DNA of 64,000 bases from Monocercomonoides exilis PA203 (GCA_001643675.2 LSRY02000015.1:496001-560000); one strand, 5' to 3'; shown: positions 21,801 through 35,255, numbered from the stretch's first letter. Translations and numbers: made by a program. Notes: generated from the sequence alone by a model not told the origin.

Positions 21801-23400
21801 ATTGGAGGAGGGTATTCTTCATTCTTTTCCTTTGGCTTGAGAGCTGACGGGAACGACTCAGTTGTTTCTCGATCGCCGTTTCCTCTTCCGTCAGCCAGCG
21901 CCAACGACACTTCTTTGAATTTCCAGACAGACGCTGCAGATTCGTCGGCCTTCTCCTTTTTGATGCGCTGCAGTGTAGCAGTCATCACAACCATCATCAA
22001 TGCCGGGAAGTTGTCTTTCCTGCGCGACACAAGCACACAATCAGCAAACTGCTTGACTTCCTCGCTTTCTTCGCAGTACAGCGGTAGCGAAATTCCAGTG
22101 ATAAGTTGGCACCCGACTTCGTCGCATGCGATCACGCAACAGCTGGTGGTGTCGTAGGCGAACACTGGGCGGGCATGCAAAGAAGCCGGATGCGTCGCTG
22201 CTGCCTTCTGTGCCTCTCTCTCACATCTGGCACACTTATCTCGAAGCGGGATGCGATGACTGACTTGTCCAGATGCACTTTCCAAATGCAGAACAGCCCC
22301 AAGAGACACAAGAAGAGCACTGAATTCACTAACAGACATCATTTCACCAGCGACTGTTGAAACACTTCGTATCTGCTTCGATCTTAAACGAGGAAGAATT
22401 TTTGAGATTACGCGAAATGTTGAGTGATTATTTGCTAAAACAACAACAATAATAAAGAGAATAATCAAAAAGAGAAGATGAATAAATAAATATTATTTCA
22501 GTGAAATTGTTTGAAAAAGTGATTTTTCATACGCGCTTCAGTAAGGCGACTTCGCGTATATTCTAAAAGCGCCTGCACAGAAACTCCTGCTCCTATATGT
22601 AGCATGCCGTCTTTTTCCTCAAGTTCTTGAATTTCAGTAATTGATTTTGTGCTGATAATTGTTCGCTTAGTGAGATGATCGCGGAATATTTGATTGGAAT
22701 TTGTTGCTCCTCCAAGAATTGATGCTTCAGGATGCAACTTCCACAATGAACGAAATTCATCAAGTGATTTAGGCTTAAAAAAGTTCCACAAATTCCCATT
22801 CACGTGAAGTGATTGTTTGTTTGCTTCAATGAGTTCAGAAGGAAACTTAGGAATCTCGAGTTGAGGTGGCTTTGATCCTTCTTCAATTAAAAATTCTTTC
22901 AAGCTTTGAAAAATCGGACGATACCCCGTACAACGACACGTATGCCCGCTAAGGGTTTCTTCGATATCTCCGACCGTTGGTGGTCGAAGACCCTCTAATT
23001 GATGTTTCTCAAAAAGTGCAGTGGTTGACATAATGGTCCCAGGCAGACAAAATCCACATTGTGCACCATCATGCTTTATAAATGATTCCTGAATTGGTGT
23101 TAATTTTTGCTTCAACGCAGTGTTCTTGCCTTCAATAGTGTAAATTGCGCATCCATTACAATAAATCAAGGGTAGTTGGCAAGATTTAACAGCGGTAATA
23201 TACGGCTTATTTATTTTCTCATCGAAGTACATCATTAAAATTGTGCATGCACCACATACACCACTCCCACAGCTTTCTTTTGTACCTGTGAGACCAACTT
23301 TTGGAGCTCGTAAATATTGAAGAAGCGTCATATTAGGTTCAAATGACTTTAGTTCCACTTTCTCTCCATTTAAATAAAACTTTAAAATCTCTGAGGTCAT
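18821..23400 (-). CDS. xdh: Xanthine dehydrogenase/aldehyde oxidase family molybdo-flavoenzyme, about 1493 aa, 1 intron
   Basis: [2Fe-2S] motifs GTKESCGSGVCGACT, QCGFCLPG and CRCTGYRPI. Intron 22532-22435 (GTATGA...TTTTAG) joins the two ORFs in frame. Moco-domain motifs GGGFGGK, GGRHP, TAFRGFG, EMGQGL.TK, GQVEGGFIQGVG and the catalytic Glu in SKTTAESP. Confidence 0.93.
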
Positions 23401-23520
23401 AATGAATTATGAAGAATTTAAGAAAATGAAAGATAGGGCAAAGGGATAATTGATCAATAAAAACAATTTATTCAATTAACGAACAATTAGCATGTTACAA
23501 AACACGGAAAAATTAATAAA

Positions 23521-24713
23521 TCAACAAGTATCAATAATTCCTTCTATATCCGGTACAACTACAAATTTATCTTTAATTTCAGAAATCTTTGTTATTTTTT
23601 TATTTGGATGGTCAATTGAAACTATCTGCTGATAGCATGAGCAATCAATTCCCTTATTAACCTAACATTAAAAAAATTTCGCAATTAAAAAATTAAAAAA
23701 TCTTAAATTTTTAACTTTCACACCAAAAATTTTGTTCCTCCGAAATCCATAAATGCTTTTCCAGATTTTGTAATCTTTAATTTTCCAACTACTCCCGAAG
23801 GAATGCCGATAATAGGTGTTGGAGGAAGGGTATCAGGAATCATAATTACTGGTGCTTGAGCTTGTTGTTGTTGTTGTTGTTGTTGTTGTTGCTGTACTTG
23901 TGGTGTAAGTGCTCGTTGCGATGGGACAAGTGGAGGAGTGGATGCTAATGGAAAAGTCACAGAAGGAGGTCTTGAAAGCGGGGGGGTTTGCGATGGAATA
24001 GGAGTTGAAGGCTTTGGTGTTCCAGAAGTTGCAGGAGGAGGTAATGAAGTGGGTATAGCCGACAATCTCCGTTGGAGAAATGATTCTTTTTGTTCTTTTG
24101 ATTCAGAGGGATTTAGAAATGGAAGAGTTGCAGGCATTTGAATAAGAAATGGTTGTTCTTCTGGGATTGCTATTGAAATTTCCTAAAGATACAAAATGTA
24201 ACCTAAATTTCGTGCGAAAAGAAAAAACAAACAGAAGCATCTTTTGCAATCGGGTCTTCAGATGTCAGTGGAAAAGAAAGAGGAAGAGCTTGAATGTTAA
24301 CTTTTTCTTCTTTTGATTCTGGCATAATCGAGCCTAAAGGATCACCGACAAAAGCAGTTGCATTAGAGGCCATTCTCTTTGATATCCTTGATGTTGCCAT
24401 GAAGGCTACTTGGGAATCCATCGCTCGCGCAAAAGAACGAGGAGTTTCGCGTTTTGGTCTTGGAGGTCGATAATGACGAGGCTTTTCAGGTCCATGAGCA
24501 GATAATAATTGCACAAGAAGTGGCTCCCCTTCACTTTTTACAGGGTTCTACCGTTTATTTTTTGTCAAAACATATGAAAATTATCAAAAATGAAACATTT
24601 AATGACAGGGAAAAAATCTTCAATAAACAAGTTCAAAAACAAAATAGTACAGCTTTAACCTTTTTGTTATCAGGGGGTGGTGCAGCAAGTGAGTCAAGGC
24701 GTTCTCCTTGCAT
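23521..24713 (-). CDS. RPC4: RNA polymerase III subunit RPC4 (RPC53), multi-exon
   Basis: N-terminus MQGERLDSL, then FLIQMPATLP. C-terminal VGKLKITKSGKAFMDFGGTKFLV/NKGIDCSCYQQIVSID..KFVVVPDI matches the RPC4 domain. TGA at 23523-23521. Confidence 0.8.
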
Positions 24714-24970
24714 TGCTTCAAACAAAAAATAAGAAAATTGTGGTTCAGAATGATATTTGAAAAATTCTGAGATACAAAAAAGTTTGTTTTTGAATAAAAA
24801 AAATTTTATTTTTTCCTTTTGTTAAATTTGTTTCGAAATCACTCATTTGTTTAACTGAGAAGTTGTCCCTTTTTTACGAGAGTGGAATTCCTCGTCAAAT
24901 TTTTAAGTTTTGATTTTTCCACATATTTGAGGAATATCACTTTCAGTTACATAAATATTGATTGAAAGTT

Positions 24971-25963
24971 ATGCCTCTTCTGTCTTCTTCCTATTCTACT
25001 TCTAAAAAACAGCAAGCAACAAAAGAAAAACAAGAAGATTTGGCTGCCGTTGCTGCTCGTTTAGGAATCCCTTATTTGGATTGGAACTCCAAAAGCTCTC
25101 AAAAAGATGCAGCGAAAATACATATGGCACTTCAAAAAGCTTTTCCTCAACAAGTTCAACAAGAAAAACGCACTTCTACCCAAACTTCAAGAATAAGTGT
25201 TGAAAAACGAACAGGACCACAAAAAGTTTATCATCAGAAAAGCATAGATTCATTTACTAAAAAGAAGAAAAGCCAAGTTCCGGAAAAACTTCTCCTTCAT
25301 CCCTCTCAAATCGTCAGAGAAGGTGCATTTGAAAAAGTATTCAGCAAGTCAAAGGCAAACACAAAAGTTAATTCTTCATCTCAACATCCAGTTAAAACCC
25401 CAAAAGTTTGGACTCCGTTTGTTGCTGCCTCACTTCCAGCGAAAAGAAGTAGAGAAGAAATGAGTTCCGCTCCATCATCAACATATGCATCAAGCATGAT
25501 AAAACAACAAAAACTTGAGAAAAAGTCATCTGATCCTCTTCATGTTAGACATTCACAAAATTCATTGAATCCACACAAGCATGCTCACAAAAAGGAGCAT
25601 AAAGCGCGAGATGAGGTTGATGACGACGAGGAAGAGGAAGACGAAGATATGGATGGGGATCTTGATGGGTTTATAGATGATGCACCTGTCTCTACATCTG
25701 TTGAAACATATCTCAAACACCAAATGGAAGAAGAAGAAAGGCGAGATCGCATACACAAACTGCTGCAAGCGCAGGGGTATCAGTCAACAATCAGGTCGAT
25801 GCTTGGGATGCCGAAGCAGCTGAGTGTGCTGGGAGACGAAGAGGCATCTGAAAGCACGTCGAGTGACATAAGGAAAGAAGAGAGGATTAGCATGATGGCG
25901 GCGATGAAGGAAGAGGAAGAAGAGCTCATGAGAGAGAATGCGAAAAGGAAAAAATTGCATTGA
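24971..25963 (+). CDS. SPT2: SPT2-like chromatin protein (histone chaperone)
   Basis: First ATG at 24971. Acidic DLDGFIDD and the C-terminal ESTSSDIRKEERISMMAAMKEEEEELMRE..KRKK pattern are typical of SPT2. Confidence 0.7.
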   Translation: MPLLSSSYSTSKKQQATKEKQEDLAAVAARLGIPYLDWNSKSSQKDAAKIHMALQKAFPQQVQQEKRTSTQTSRISVEKRTGPQKVYHQKSIDSFTKKKKSQVPEKLLLHPSQIVREGAFEKVFSKSKANTKVNSSSQHPVKTPKVWTPFVAASLPAKRSREEMSSAPSSTYASSMIKQQKLEKKSSDPLHVRHSQNSLNPHKHAHKKEHKARDEVDDDEEEEDEDMDGDLDGFIDDAPVSTSVETYLKHQMEEEERRDRIHKLLQAQGYQSTIRSMLGMPKQLSVLGDEEASESTSSDIRKEERISMMAAMKEEEEELMRENAKRKKLH

Positions 25964-26359
25964 AGTTTATTTAAAATAAATTCTTTCTTTTTCTTTTTTT
26001 TTGGATAAATAAAAAAAAATATTCTTTTTCTTTTTCTTCTATTTGGTTTTTTTGTTAAGTTGTTATGAAAATTTGTCCTTTTAAAAAAAGCAATATAAAT
26101 CGGCAACAAATGAAACACCAATTCATTTCCTCACGTTTTGTCAATACACCTCTGAAACTCTCGATTAGTTACAAAATATAATGAAATATGAATGAAAATA
26201 AAAAAAAAAAAATGAAAAAAAAAACAGAAGAAAGGAATAAAAGAATAAAATACAGTTTTGTAAGGGCAAGCATATACAACAACCGTCCAATAATCTCAAA
26301 AAAAATACATTAACATTCAAAAGAATAGCTTTTGTTATTAACATTCTTCAAACTGTACT

Positions 26360-26400
<41 letters not shown>

Positions 26401-26461
26401 AGAAAAGTGAATGAGAAAGATAAAGATAGGCAGAGATAACTGAATGAAAAATGAGATAAGA

Positions 26462-29400
26462 CTAAGCTGTCGATGAAGATGGATGGATGGATGGGATGAA
26501 GAGCTTGGCTGAGGTAGTTGCAATGTGCTCCGAAAGCAGATGCTTCGAGACTTCTTTCAATTGCGTCTCTCTTGTTGGATATCTGAAGAATAAATAATTA
26601 ACAACAAACATAATGGATAAATATTATGAAAAAGATTAATAAAATATAGATAAATTCAGAGTTTTAGTTAAAAAATAATGAAAAATCAATAAAAATAAAT
26701 AAAAATATACAATAAAACATATACGCTTTTTTTTTTTAAAAAAAAAAAGACAACATCCATAAAAAAACCACAGCATACGATCTGTTGAATCCCTTCTGTG
26801 ACATTCTCACGTTCCTGTTCGCATTGATCGCCGTTTGCCTCACCAGCTCAGGTAGCGAAATGGCTGGCACGATCGACCAGTCCTGCAGTGGCCCAAAAGA
26901 TCTGAAGATCTGATCTGGTTTGTGCGGGTTCTGCTGCTGGTGCACACGCACACGGTACAACCCAGGCGTCTCCATCGGCGAAATCACAATGTGCACAAAG
27001 TTGAAGTGCGACACAATCGTCTCCGGACGATACTCCTGATGATGGTCTGTCCACACAATATGCACAAAGTCGTTTCCCACATGCTTCTTCTTGTGGACTA
27101 ACTGATCATCATCCCCTTTCCTGATTGAGTCTGGCATGATCGCCGGCACATGGAACATCGTCTCATTCGCATAGTCTGCATAATACAACGAAAACTGCCC
27201 CACTGTGCCTTCTCTGTCCAGCCCGCCCATAAATCCCCTGTGTGTTGGCAGATGCACGAACCACCCGAGTGAATGGAGGAAGTCCACAAAGTGCTGCGGG
27301 ATAGAAGACAAGTTGTTTTTGAATATCGACGTCTGATCAACTTGGTTCTTCTTCACATACACAACTGAGATTTTGTGCACCATCCGGTCAGAAATATCAT
27401 CCAGGCGAGAAATCACTCTTTGTGCCTGGTTTGTTTCTTGCATCGGGCGGAAGCGCGGCAGCTGCAAAGAAGAAGAGTTCTGTGTCATTCCCAGCATGTT
27501 CAGCCCAGTTGTATTTACTCCTCCACTGCTTCCTTCCACAGCAGCAGCCGAAAGAGGACGTGGAACCGACCCTCGGAACGGCGGGGCGAACTGGATGCAG
27601 TCAGATGCGAGTCGGGAAGATGTGATAAGCCCCAAATGAGCCAGCAGTAGGCGCGATTGTGTGAAGAACGAGTAGCTCTGCGGAAACGCTCCGTGTGACT
27701 GGGTAAGCGGCGAGGCGAGAGGGAAGAGGGTGAAGAGAGAGGAATAAGAAGAAGGGAAGAAGATGTGCTTGAAGCGCGTGCGGTCCACAGACAAATAGGG
27801 GTGCCTGATCAGCGACAAAGTTGATGGAGTTGTTCCCGATGATACAGCTGCCAGTGCTGCTGCATTGTCCTCTTCTCTTTCGCTGTCTGTCGCCCTCAGC
27901 CGCTCCTCATCGTCAAACACAAAGCCAGCTGTTGAGTCTGCTGCTGACACAGGCGCAGACAGCAGCGTTCTCAGCGGGTCGTCAAAGGAAGGCGCAAACG
28001 AGGCGTGTGGGTGGGGCTGCTGGGAAGCAGTGGGTGTGGTCACGTCAGAGAAGAAAGAGAAAGGCGCAGAAGAAGACGGCTGCTCGCCGAAGGAGCGGGT
28101 GAGGGCGTCCAGAGCAGACTGAGTTGATTGAATGCTCTGAGAAGACTTGGAAACCTGATCAGCCTGCTGTTGAGAAGTGTTAGCGATTCCATCAAAGGGG
28201 AAAGAAGTCGCATAGACTGGGTGCACATCCCAGGCAGAGTTGCCTGAAGGGTTGTTGATGAACATGGTGGTGTACGGGCCGTAATACGAGTTTGGTGGGA
28301 AAGCAGCAGGAAAGGCTCCTGTGGAGGCTGGGATGTGAGTGGGCACTGAGGGAGAAGAAGGGGAATAGCGCTGCATTCCAGGCGTCGCTCCTTCTGGTGG
28401 GGAGAAGACAGGGCGCTCGACGAGGGTGAGGAGAGAGTTGTCGCTCTGGATGAAGTGCTGCGAGACATCTGAGGGCTTCACGGTGGGCACACTGGAGTGA
28501 AGGGAGTGGGGGGGGGGGGGGGGGGGGTGTTCGGTGATTAATGTTGGTTTGAATGGTGGAACAGTAGATATACATATGATTAAAAGATATTAATGTCAGA
28601 AAGTCCATAAATAAGATGAAATATCAAGGTTTTAATAAATATTACAACAAAATATAAAAATTATAATGCAAACGGTTGTTGATGGAACGGATTAACACTT
28701 CTTCCTCCTGCAACAAACGGGAAAGTTGGCAGAAGAGAAGGACCAAAAGGTGCTGGAGAGCAAAGTGTTGAGAACGAATGCACAGCATTTGACTGATCTG
28801 TTGGCAAAGGCGGTGTTGTAGCCGGAGAAGGAGGCCCACTGCTTGCCGGCGTGCGCACGAGCGATGATGGGATCGGAGAAACGGAGAAACTATTGGAGTG
28901 CGTCAGCGGTGTAGCGGCAGCAGAAGAAAGAGACTGCTGCACACGCACAGACTGGCGGGAGGGGATGGCTGAGAAGGCAGAGGTGGACATGGACTGGTGC
29001 TGAGAGACGAAGTCAGAGATGATGGCGTTGAACTCAGCAGCAGACGCCTCGCTTCTCCGGGTGCGGTGGGCGAATGTGGAGACGAAGGAGCCGTGTGGCT
29101 GGGGGAAGTTGCCAAAGCGGGTGAGGAGGCAGTCAGCGAGGAAAGTTGCGGCTTGGGATTGGCTGTTGGCATTGCCGGTGACTGGGATAGAGGACATCAT
29201 AGAGGGGGGAGAGGAAGAAGAGGATGAGGAAGAGGAAGCAGAAGGAGAAGAAGAAAGAGAAGAGAGAGAGGAAGAGGCAGAGATGGAGGGGGAAGGATGC
29301 TGAGGAGCAGCTGGGAAGAAGTTCTGTGCGTTGAGCGACTGTTGAACCAGAACAAACAGAGAGCCGATGAAAGAGGCGCCTTCGTTTGTGATGAGGAAGT

Positions 29401-30474
29401 CTGTAGAGACCATCACCCAGTCAGTGAGGGTGTAAAATGCATGTGCTGAGGAATAATTATTAAATAAATAAATAAATAAATGATATGAGGAAAAATAGTT
29501 ATAAATGAAAATGTGAATAACAAAAACGTAAAGAGAAAGTTGAAAGATAAATAAATAAATAACAGCAAAAATAACAAGAAATGTTATCTCATTCTATGTT
29601 CACATATATTCAACATAACATTATGCAATACAATACAAATCATGAACCATTCATTCCACATACAGATAATCTGCTCATTCAGCGCAACCGAGCCGAAGTT
29701 GATTCTCTTGCTGATAACACCATTGAGCGCAATATCCACAAAGCCTGCGACGGCAAAGAGGACCTGCTGAAGCATCTGAGGGAACTCCCTGTGGATGACA
29801 GGGGCAAGCGAGGAAAGAGAGGAGAAGCAGTCTAACAGATCATCAAGCACTTCGGGGTTGCCGGAGAGGATTTCGGCTGGTGAGATGGAGAAATATTGGC
29901 AAATGAATGTTTGTGGATTAGAGATAAAGAGAGAAAGAAGAAAGAAAAACAGAAAAATGAAAAAAAATGAAAGAATAAATGAGAAGAACAATAAAAATAG
30001 TTGCAATAAAAAGACATGAAAATCTATTAACAATATTATTTTACACTACAAAAATTTTCATCATAACCAGCTTCATCATCATTGTTATCGTTAACATCAC
30101 CATCATCAACACACATTTATCCAGCCCCAATCTCGACGGCAGCTGCAGCTGTTTCAGCAGCTCTCCCACGATCATCTTCCCTTTCTCTTTCTTCTCTTTC
30201 TCTGGCTGCTTAAACTCCTCATGCGCAATACAGACAAGCGCCCACATAATCCTTCGGATGTTGGCAGTGTTGCTTTCAACCAGAAGAGAGCGGAGAAGAA
30301 GAGAGAGAATACGTTCAGACAGCTGGGCGAATGTGGATGGGCGGCGGGACTGGAAGATGGGAGGAGGAGGAAGAGGAAGAGGAAGAGGAAGAGGAAGAGG
30401 AAGAAGAAGAAGAAGAAGAAGAAGAAGAAGAAGAAGAAGAAGAAGAGGAAGAGGAAGAAGAAGAAGAAGAGGAG

Positions 30475-30506
<32 letters not shown>

Positions 30507-33374
30507 AGAAGAGGAAGAAGAAGAAGAGGAAGAAGAAGAAGAGGAAGAGGAAGAGGAAGAGAGAAATGAATGTTTAGTTTTATTAATTGGTTATTAGGAG
30601 AAGAGATAGATAGAGAGATAGAGAGAGAGAGTTAGAAGAAGAAAGAAGAAGAAGAAGAAAGAAGAAGAATAAGAAAGAAGAAGAAGTAGAAAATGATTGT
30701 AATTTTCAAATTGACTCATATCGTTTAACAAGCAATTATCAGATAACATTCACAAAACAAACGAAAAAAATTTGATTAATTAAACCATCAAAATCCAAAA
30801 TAACAAGAACAATAACACTATCAGCCAATCCTCATACCGAGCTATACAGCTGCTTCTTCTCCTGCCACGCCTCGTCGTCTTTGTCACCTGCGCCTTTCGT
30901 GTCCAGCCATTTTCTGAAGAAAGGCGGTGGCTGAAGTGGAGTGGGCTTAGGTCTTTTGAAAGCAGAGGGAACAAGAGGAGGTTGAGTGTGAGAAGAGGCA
31001 ACGGTGAAGTCAGCAAAGGGAGAGGATGGGTATATGTCGGATGGGATGGTGTCTTCGAATAACTCCCAGGGCTGAGGGGGAAAAAAGGGGAAAGATAGGA
31101 AGAGGGAAAAAAATTGGAGAAGAATTTTTATTAGAAGGGAAAAAATTGAATGATTAAAGAAAGCATTGAGAAATAATAAATAAAATAAATAAATAAATAA
31201 ATTTAAAAATAAATCCATAAAAAAAAAAAAAAAAAAAAAAATTTCAAAACATTCTTCTTCCACAAACCTCGTCAGTGAATGGAATCTGATGAATCTTCAG
31301 GTTTCCGAATGTGTTGCCAAATGGATACAGAGCATTCACAATGCAGAGTGCACTGTGCCTGACCTCGTCGTTGGTGTGTGGCTGGTTTTATAATAAATAA
31401 ATAAATAAATAAATAGAAAAGAGAGAAACAAGATAAATAATGATAAGTCAAAAAAGAAACACAGATTAAGTTGAAATGCAAAATAAAAAAAAAAAAACCC
31501 AAAATTTTATGTGAACAAATAAAATCTTCAAAATCATTCAATTTACCTCACATTGTGATTAACAAACAGATGCACATAATCATACACACATTTATCAACA
31601 CACCTTCAGCAAGAAATGCTCCAGGAACGGGAGCAGCAGCGCAGCGATGGGCTTAGCGCCCTTCACATCATTCGGGAAAAGTGGAACAAGAGAAGACAGA
31701 AGTGTCCGTGTTATCTCCACCTCGTCTGAAGACAGCGCAATCAGCATCGTCGCCACAAAGGAGCCCAGGTTGGCAGCAGAGAAAGGAAGGAGCGCATACG
31801 AAGAGAGCAAAGAGAAGTACGCGTGGCACGCTTCGGCTCGGCCTTGGAAGAAGGGCTGAATGAGGAGAAGGCGATGAGGGGGTGGGGATGGGGAAGGGGA
31901 GAAGAGGGTGGGAGGGGGAATGATAAGGAAGAAGAGGTATTCAAATATAAATTGTAAGAAGAATAAATTAATTATTATTGAAAGTGTTTTATTTTTTGAA
32001 AATAGAATGAAAAAAGAAAGAATTGAAGTTCATATTTCCAATCAACAAAATAGTGTTTCATTAAAAACATGTAATTCACAATCAAAAAAGGAAGAAAGAA
32101 AGAAAAATAATTGCACACTTGTTTTTCAGTCACGATCGCCTCAACCAGCCAAGCACCGCTCCAATCCAGAATCTTATTCCCATCAATAAGCGACGGCGGC
32201 TTCACATCAATCCATCGAAAGTCTTCTTTTCTCTCTGGAAGCCCCAAAAGAGTGTCTGAAAACATTGCCACTGCAGAAGTCACCACGCAGATTGCGTTGT
32301 AGTGGATCGCAGGCGTCTGGATCCGGTTCACGTTTCCGATGACCCGCAGAAGGCGCGCAAACAGGAAGAACGCGCGCGACAGGTTCGAATGAGGCAGCGG
32401 CTGTAGGGGCTGCCCTTGTGTCACCCTAATTTCCATCTTGTTCGATCCATATGGTGCTCCGTAAAGTTTGTTCAGTATAAACATCGTAACAAGATCGATC
32501 GATGCTTTCCACTGGCGGATGAGGATTTCTTTCTTCGTCCAGCAGATCATGACAGATACAGCAATATCCCAAACTGTGTGGTCTTCAACCTCGCAACTCA
32601 TTAAAATACTAAACAATGTCTATAAAATTCCAAATAATAATTATAACACTTCTTATGATGCTAAAAAATATGTGAAAAATTAACCTCAATATAATAAACT
32701 CCAATTTGTTCGAACAATGGAGCTGCTTGAGAATTCGTAAATAGCCAATCGCCGATTCCAAGAAATGTTCTGAATAAATCTTGCCATGTTAAAAGTTCCA
32801 CTTCGTCGTGATGCTTATATACAAATGATAGCATTACATCACAAAGAATCTTACACATTGCAGAATGCTGAATCAATTCTGAATGGTTGGTGGGTATTGT
32901 TTGGAAAAGAAGAGAAAAATGTTGAAAGATTGTCTTTTTTAAAAAAATTAATCATCAAATATAAAGTTCAAAAGTTCGAATTCAAACCAAGAAAAATTCT
33001 TGCTTATTTATCTCAAAAGCTGGGAACTGTGAATGGTCTTGAAGCCATGATTCATAAATATTTGTTGCGCCTCGAATGAGCGATTCATATTGAGAAATTG
33101 GAAGCGTAAAAGCTTCACCAATCATTTCCATATGAAATCTAATTTTGTAAGCATCCACAAGATAATTTGCGCAGTTGGACTTTTTCGAGCAGAATTCGAT
33201 TGGATGCCTTATAAGAGTAGTTTTATATTCGAGTGGAGTGGTTCTGAGATTTCCAGTTCCTGTTAATATTTTAATATCATGAGTTAAGCAATGTGTTTAA
33301 AGATGAACATTTTATATAGGCATACCTATTTTTTGCTGTTGAAGCTCGAGCTGAGTGATGTGATTAAGGATCAT
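26462..33374 (-). CDS. RalGAP/tuberin-like protein with C-terminal Rap-GAP domain, multi-exon
   Basis: Rap-GAP motifs HKISVVYV, FLHSLGW, MFHV, KKKHVGNDFVHIVW, FGPL and LVRQTAINA. Upstream exon with DGNKILDWSGAWLVEA. Last exon ends at TAG 26464-26462. The start at 33374 is tentative. Confidence 0.8.
30358..30565. repeat. (GAA/GAG/GGA)n purine-only tract, most likely intronic
   Basis: About 205 nt of A/G only. It lies between a GTATGA donor near 30836 and a TTCCAG acceptor near 30350 on the minus strand, which splice in frame (LYSS/SRRPSTFAQL). Confidence 0.8.
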
Positions 33375-33468
33375 TACAAAATCTGTTTATGTAATGGCAA
33401 AGTGATCAGTTATTAATTAAATATTTATTTTTTGAAGAATCAATCAAAGGGCATTTGATTCTTCGATT

Positions 33469-34700
33469 ATGTCCGGATTAGAAAGGTAATGTATTTTAAC
33501 TTTTTCGAAAGTATTTTTTGTTTTTGGTTATACTCGGCAATTTTTGATTTTTCAGATATCAAAAGGTAAATAAAATTGGTGAAGGAACCTATGGTGTTGT
33601 TTACAAAGCAATAGACAAAGTTAACGGAAAGTTTGTTGCATTAAAGAAAGTTAGACTTGGATTTGGAGAAGAAGGCGTTCCAAGTACTGCAATTAGAGAA
33701 ATTGCGGTAATGCGAGAACTTTGTCATCCAAATATTGAAAGGTTAGAGCTTAATGAATAACTTCAATTTTGTTTTGCATTTATCTATTGTTTAGATTGAT
33801 TGACGTTATCCATACTGGAAAAATGATATTTTTAATATTTGAATTCGTTCAATTCGATTTGAAGAGATTTCTTGACATCCAGGTCAAAGAGAAAGAAGCA
33901 GCATTTCTAGATCCTCGTTTAATAAAAGTTTGTTTCATTTGTTCTTTCAAATCTATGATTTGAGTGTTTGAACAATCATTGAATAGTCTTTTATGTATCA
34001 ATTGTTGAAAGGTATTGGGTACTGTCATGCTCACTGCATAATTCACAGAGACCTCAAGCCACAAAACATTTTGATTGACCATATGGGTAATCTTAAGATT
34101 GGTGATTTTGGGCTTGCTCGCACTTTTTCCGTACCATTACGCCCTTATTCGCATGAGATCGTTACGTTGTGGTATCGAGCACCAGAGATCTTGTTGGGAT
34201 GTGCAAAATATTCCGCAAGTGTTGACATTTGGAGCGTTGGGTGCATAATGGCTGAACTGGCGTTGGGAAAGCCGATCTTCTGTGGGGACAGCGAAATCGA
34301 CGAGTTATATAAGATTTTCCAAGTGTTAGGCACGCCAACTGAGGATGTTTGGCATGGAGTTGGATTGCTTCCATATTGGAAGTCTACTTTTCCGAAGTGG
34401 AAAAGGAAGACTTTTGAAGACCTTGTTCCCGCGCTCGGAGAGGATGGACTTGAATTGCTGGAGGTATTGGGCTTTCTTCTCATTTATTGTTAATGTTATT
34501 CATTCTTTGTCAATATCGCTTATTGATTGTTCAATCATTTCTATTCTTGTTCATTTTCTGTTTATGATTTAATCCATTGAAATGCATCTTTTTAGAGATT
34601 ACTTCAATACGACCCCACAAAACGTCCTTCTGCATTGGATGCGCTGAACATGAGATATTTCGAAAAGCTCAGAGCTGAAGAGGAAGAAGACGAGGATTGA
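33469..34700 (+). CDS. CDK1: Cyclin-dependent kinase, CDK1/2 (cdc2) type, 4 introns
   Basis: [63 protein letters not shown] and YDP.KR. Introns at about 33486-33555, 33742-33794, 33928-33985 and 34464-34595. Confidence 0.95.
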
Positions 34701-35255
34701 ACGATTTTCGGATCGTGTTGTGTTTCTCAACTGAAAATTACATTTAAATGCATTTCTTTGGAGATTAGATGCTTGCACAGAGACAGTTCGGCTTAATGAG
34801 CACGTGACTTTCCAACTGCTCAAAGATATTGCCACCTTCTCTTTCCTGCTTTTATTGAACAGGATAACTAATTTGGAATGCAATTAATGAAAAAATCCAG
34901 TGAGATGAGTGGCTTGTTTTGTTCCAGCAGAAAAATAAAAAAGGAGCATGATTGAATACGTGTAAACTATTTATTTATTGGGCAAGCATGCTCCAAAAAA
35001 GAACAATAGAAAAACATAAATAATTCGTAAATGTAATGAATAAATTTCTTTTCTAAAGCGCTTCAAGATTTTTCTTTTTTTGGTTAATTTTTATCATTTC
35101 CTGTGTCAGTAAATATTGATATTCTTGCTCAAGAAACATTCATTTTGTAAGAAATGATAGAAAGATAGAGGAAAAGGAAGAGGAAGAGGACGAAAGAGAA
35201 AACTGAGAAAAGAACACTAGAAGCGCCATCGCACCACGAAGCAACGCCATTTCCT

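Noticed and set aside
22435-22532. Split or frameshifted XDH (two genes)
   Set aside because: A canonical 98-nt intron joins the two ORFs in frame.
29979-30597. Poly-R, poly-K and poly-E ORFs on the plus strand
   Set aside because: Three frames of one purine microsatellite, antisense to the RalGAP-like gene.
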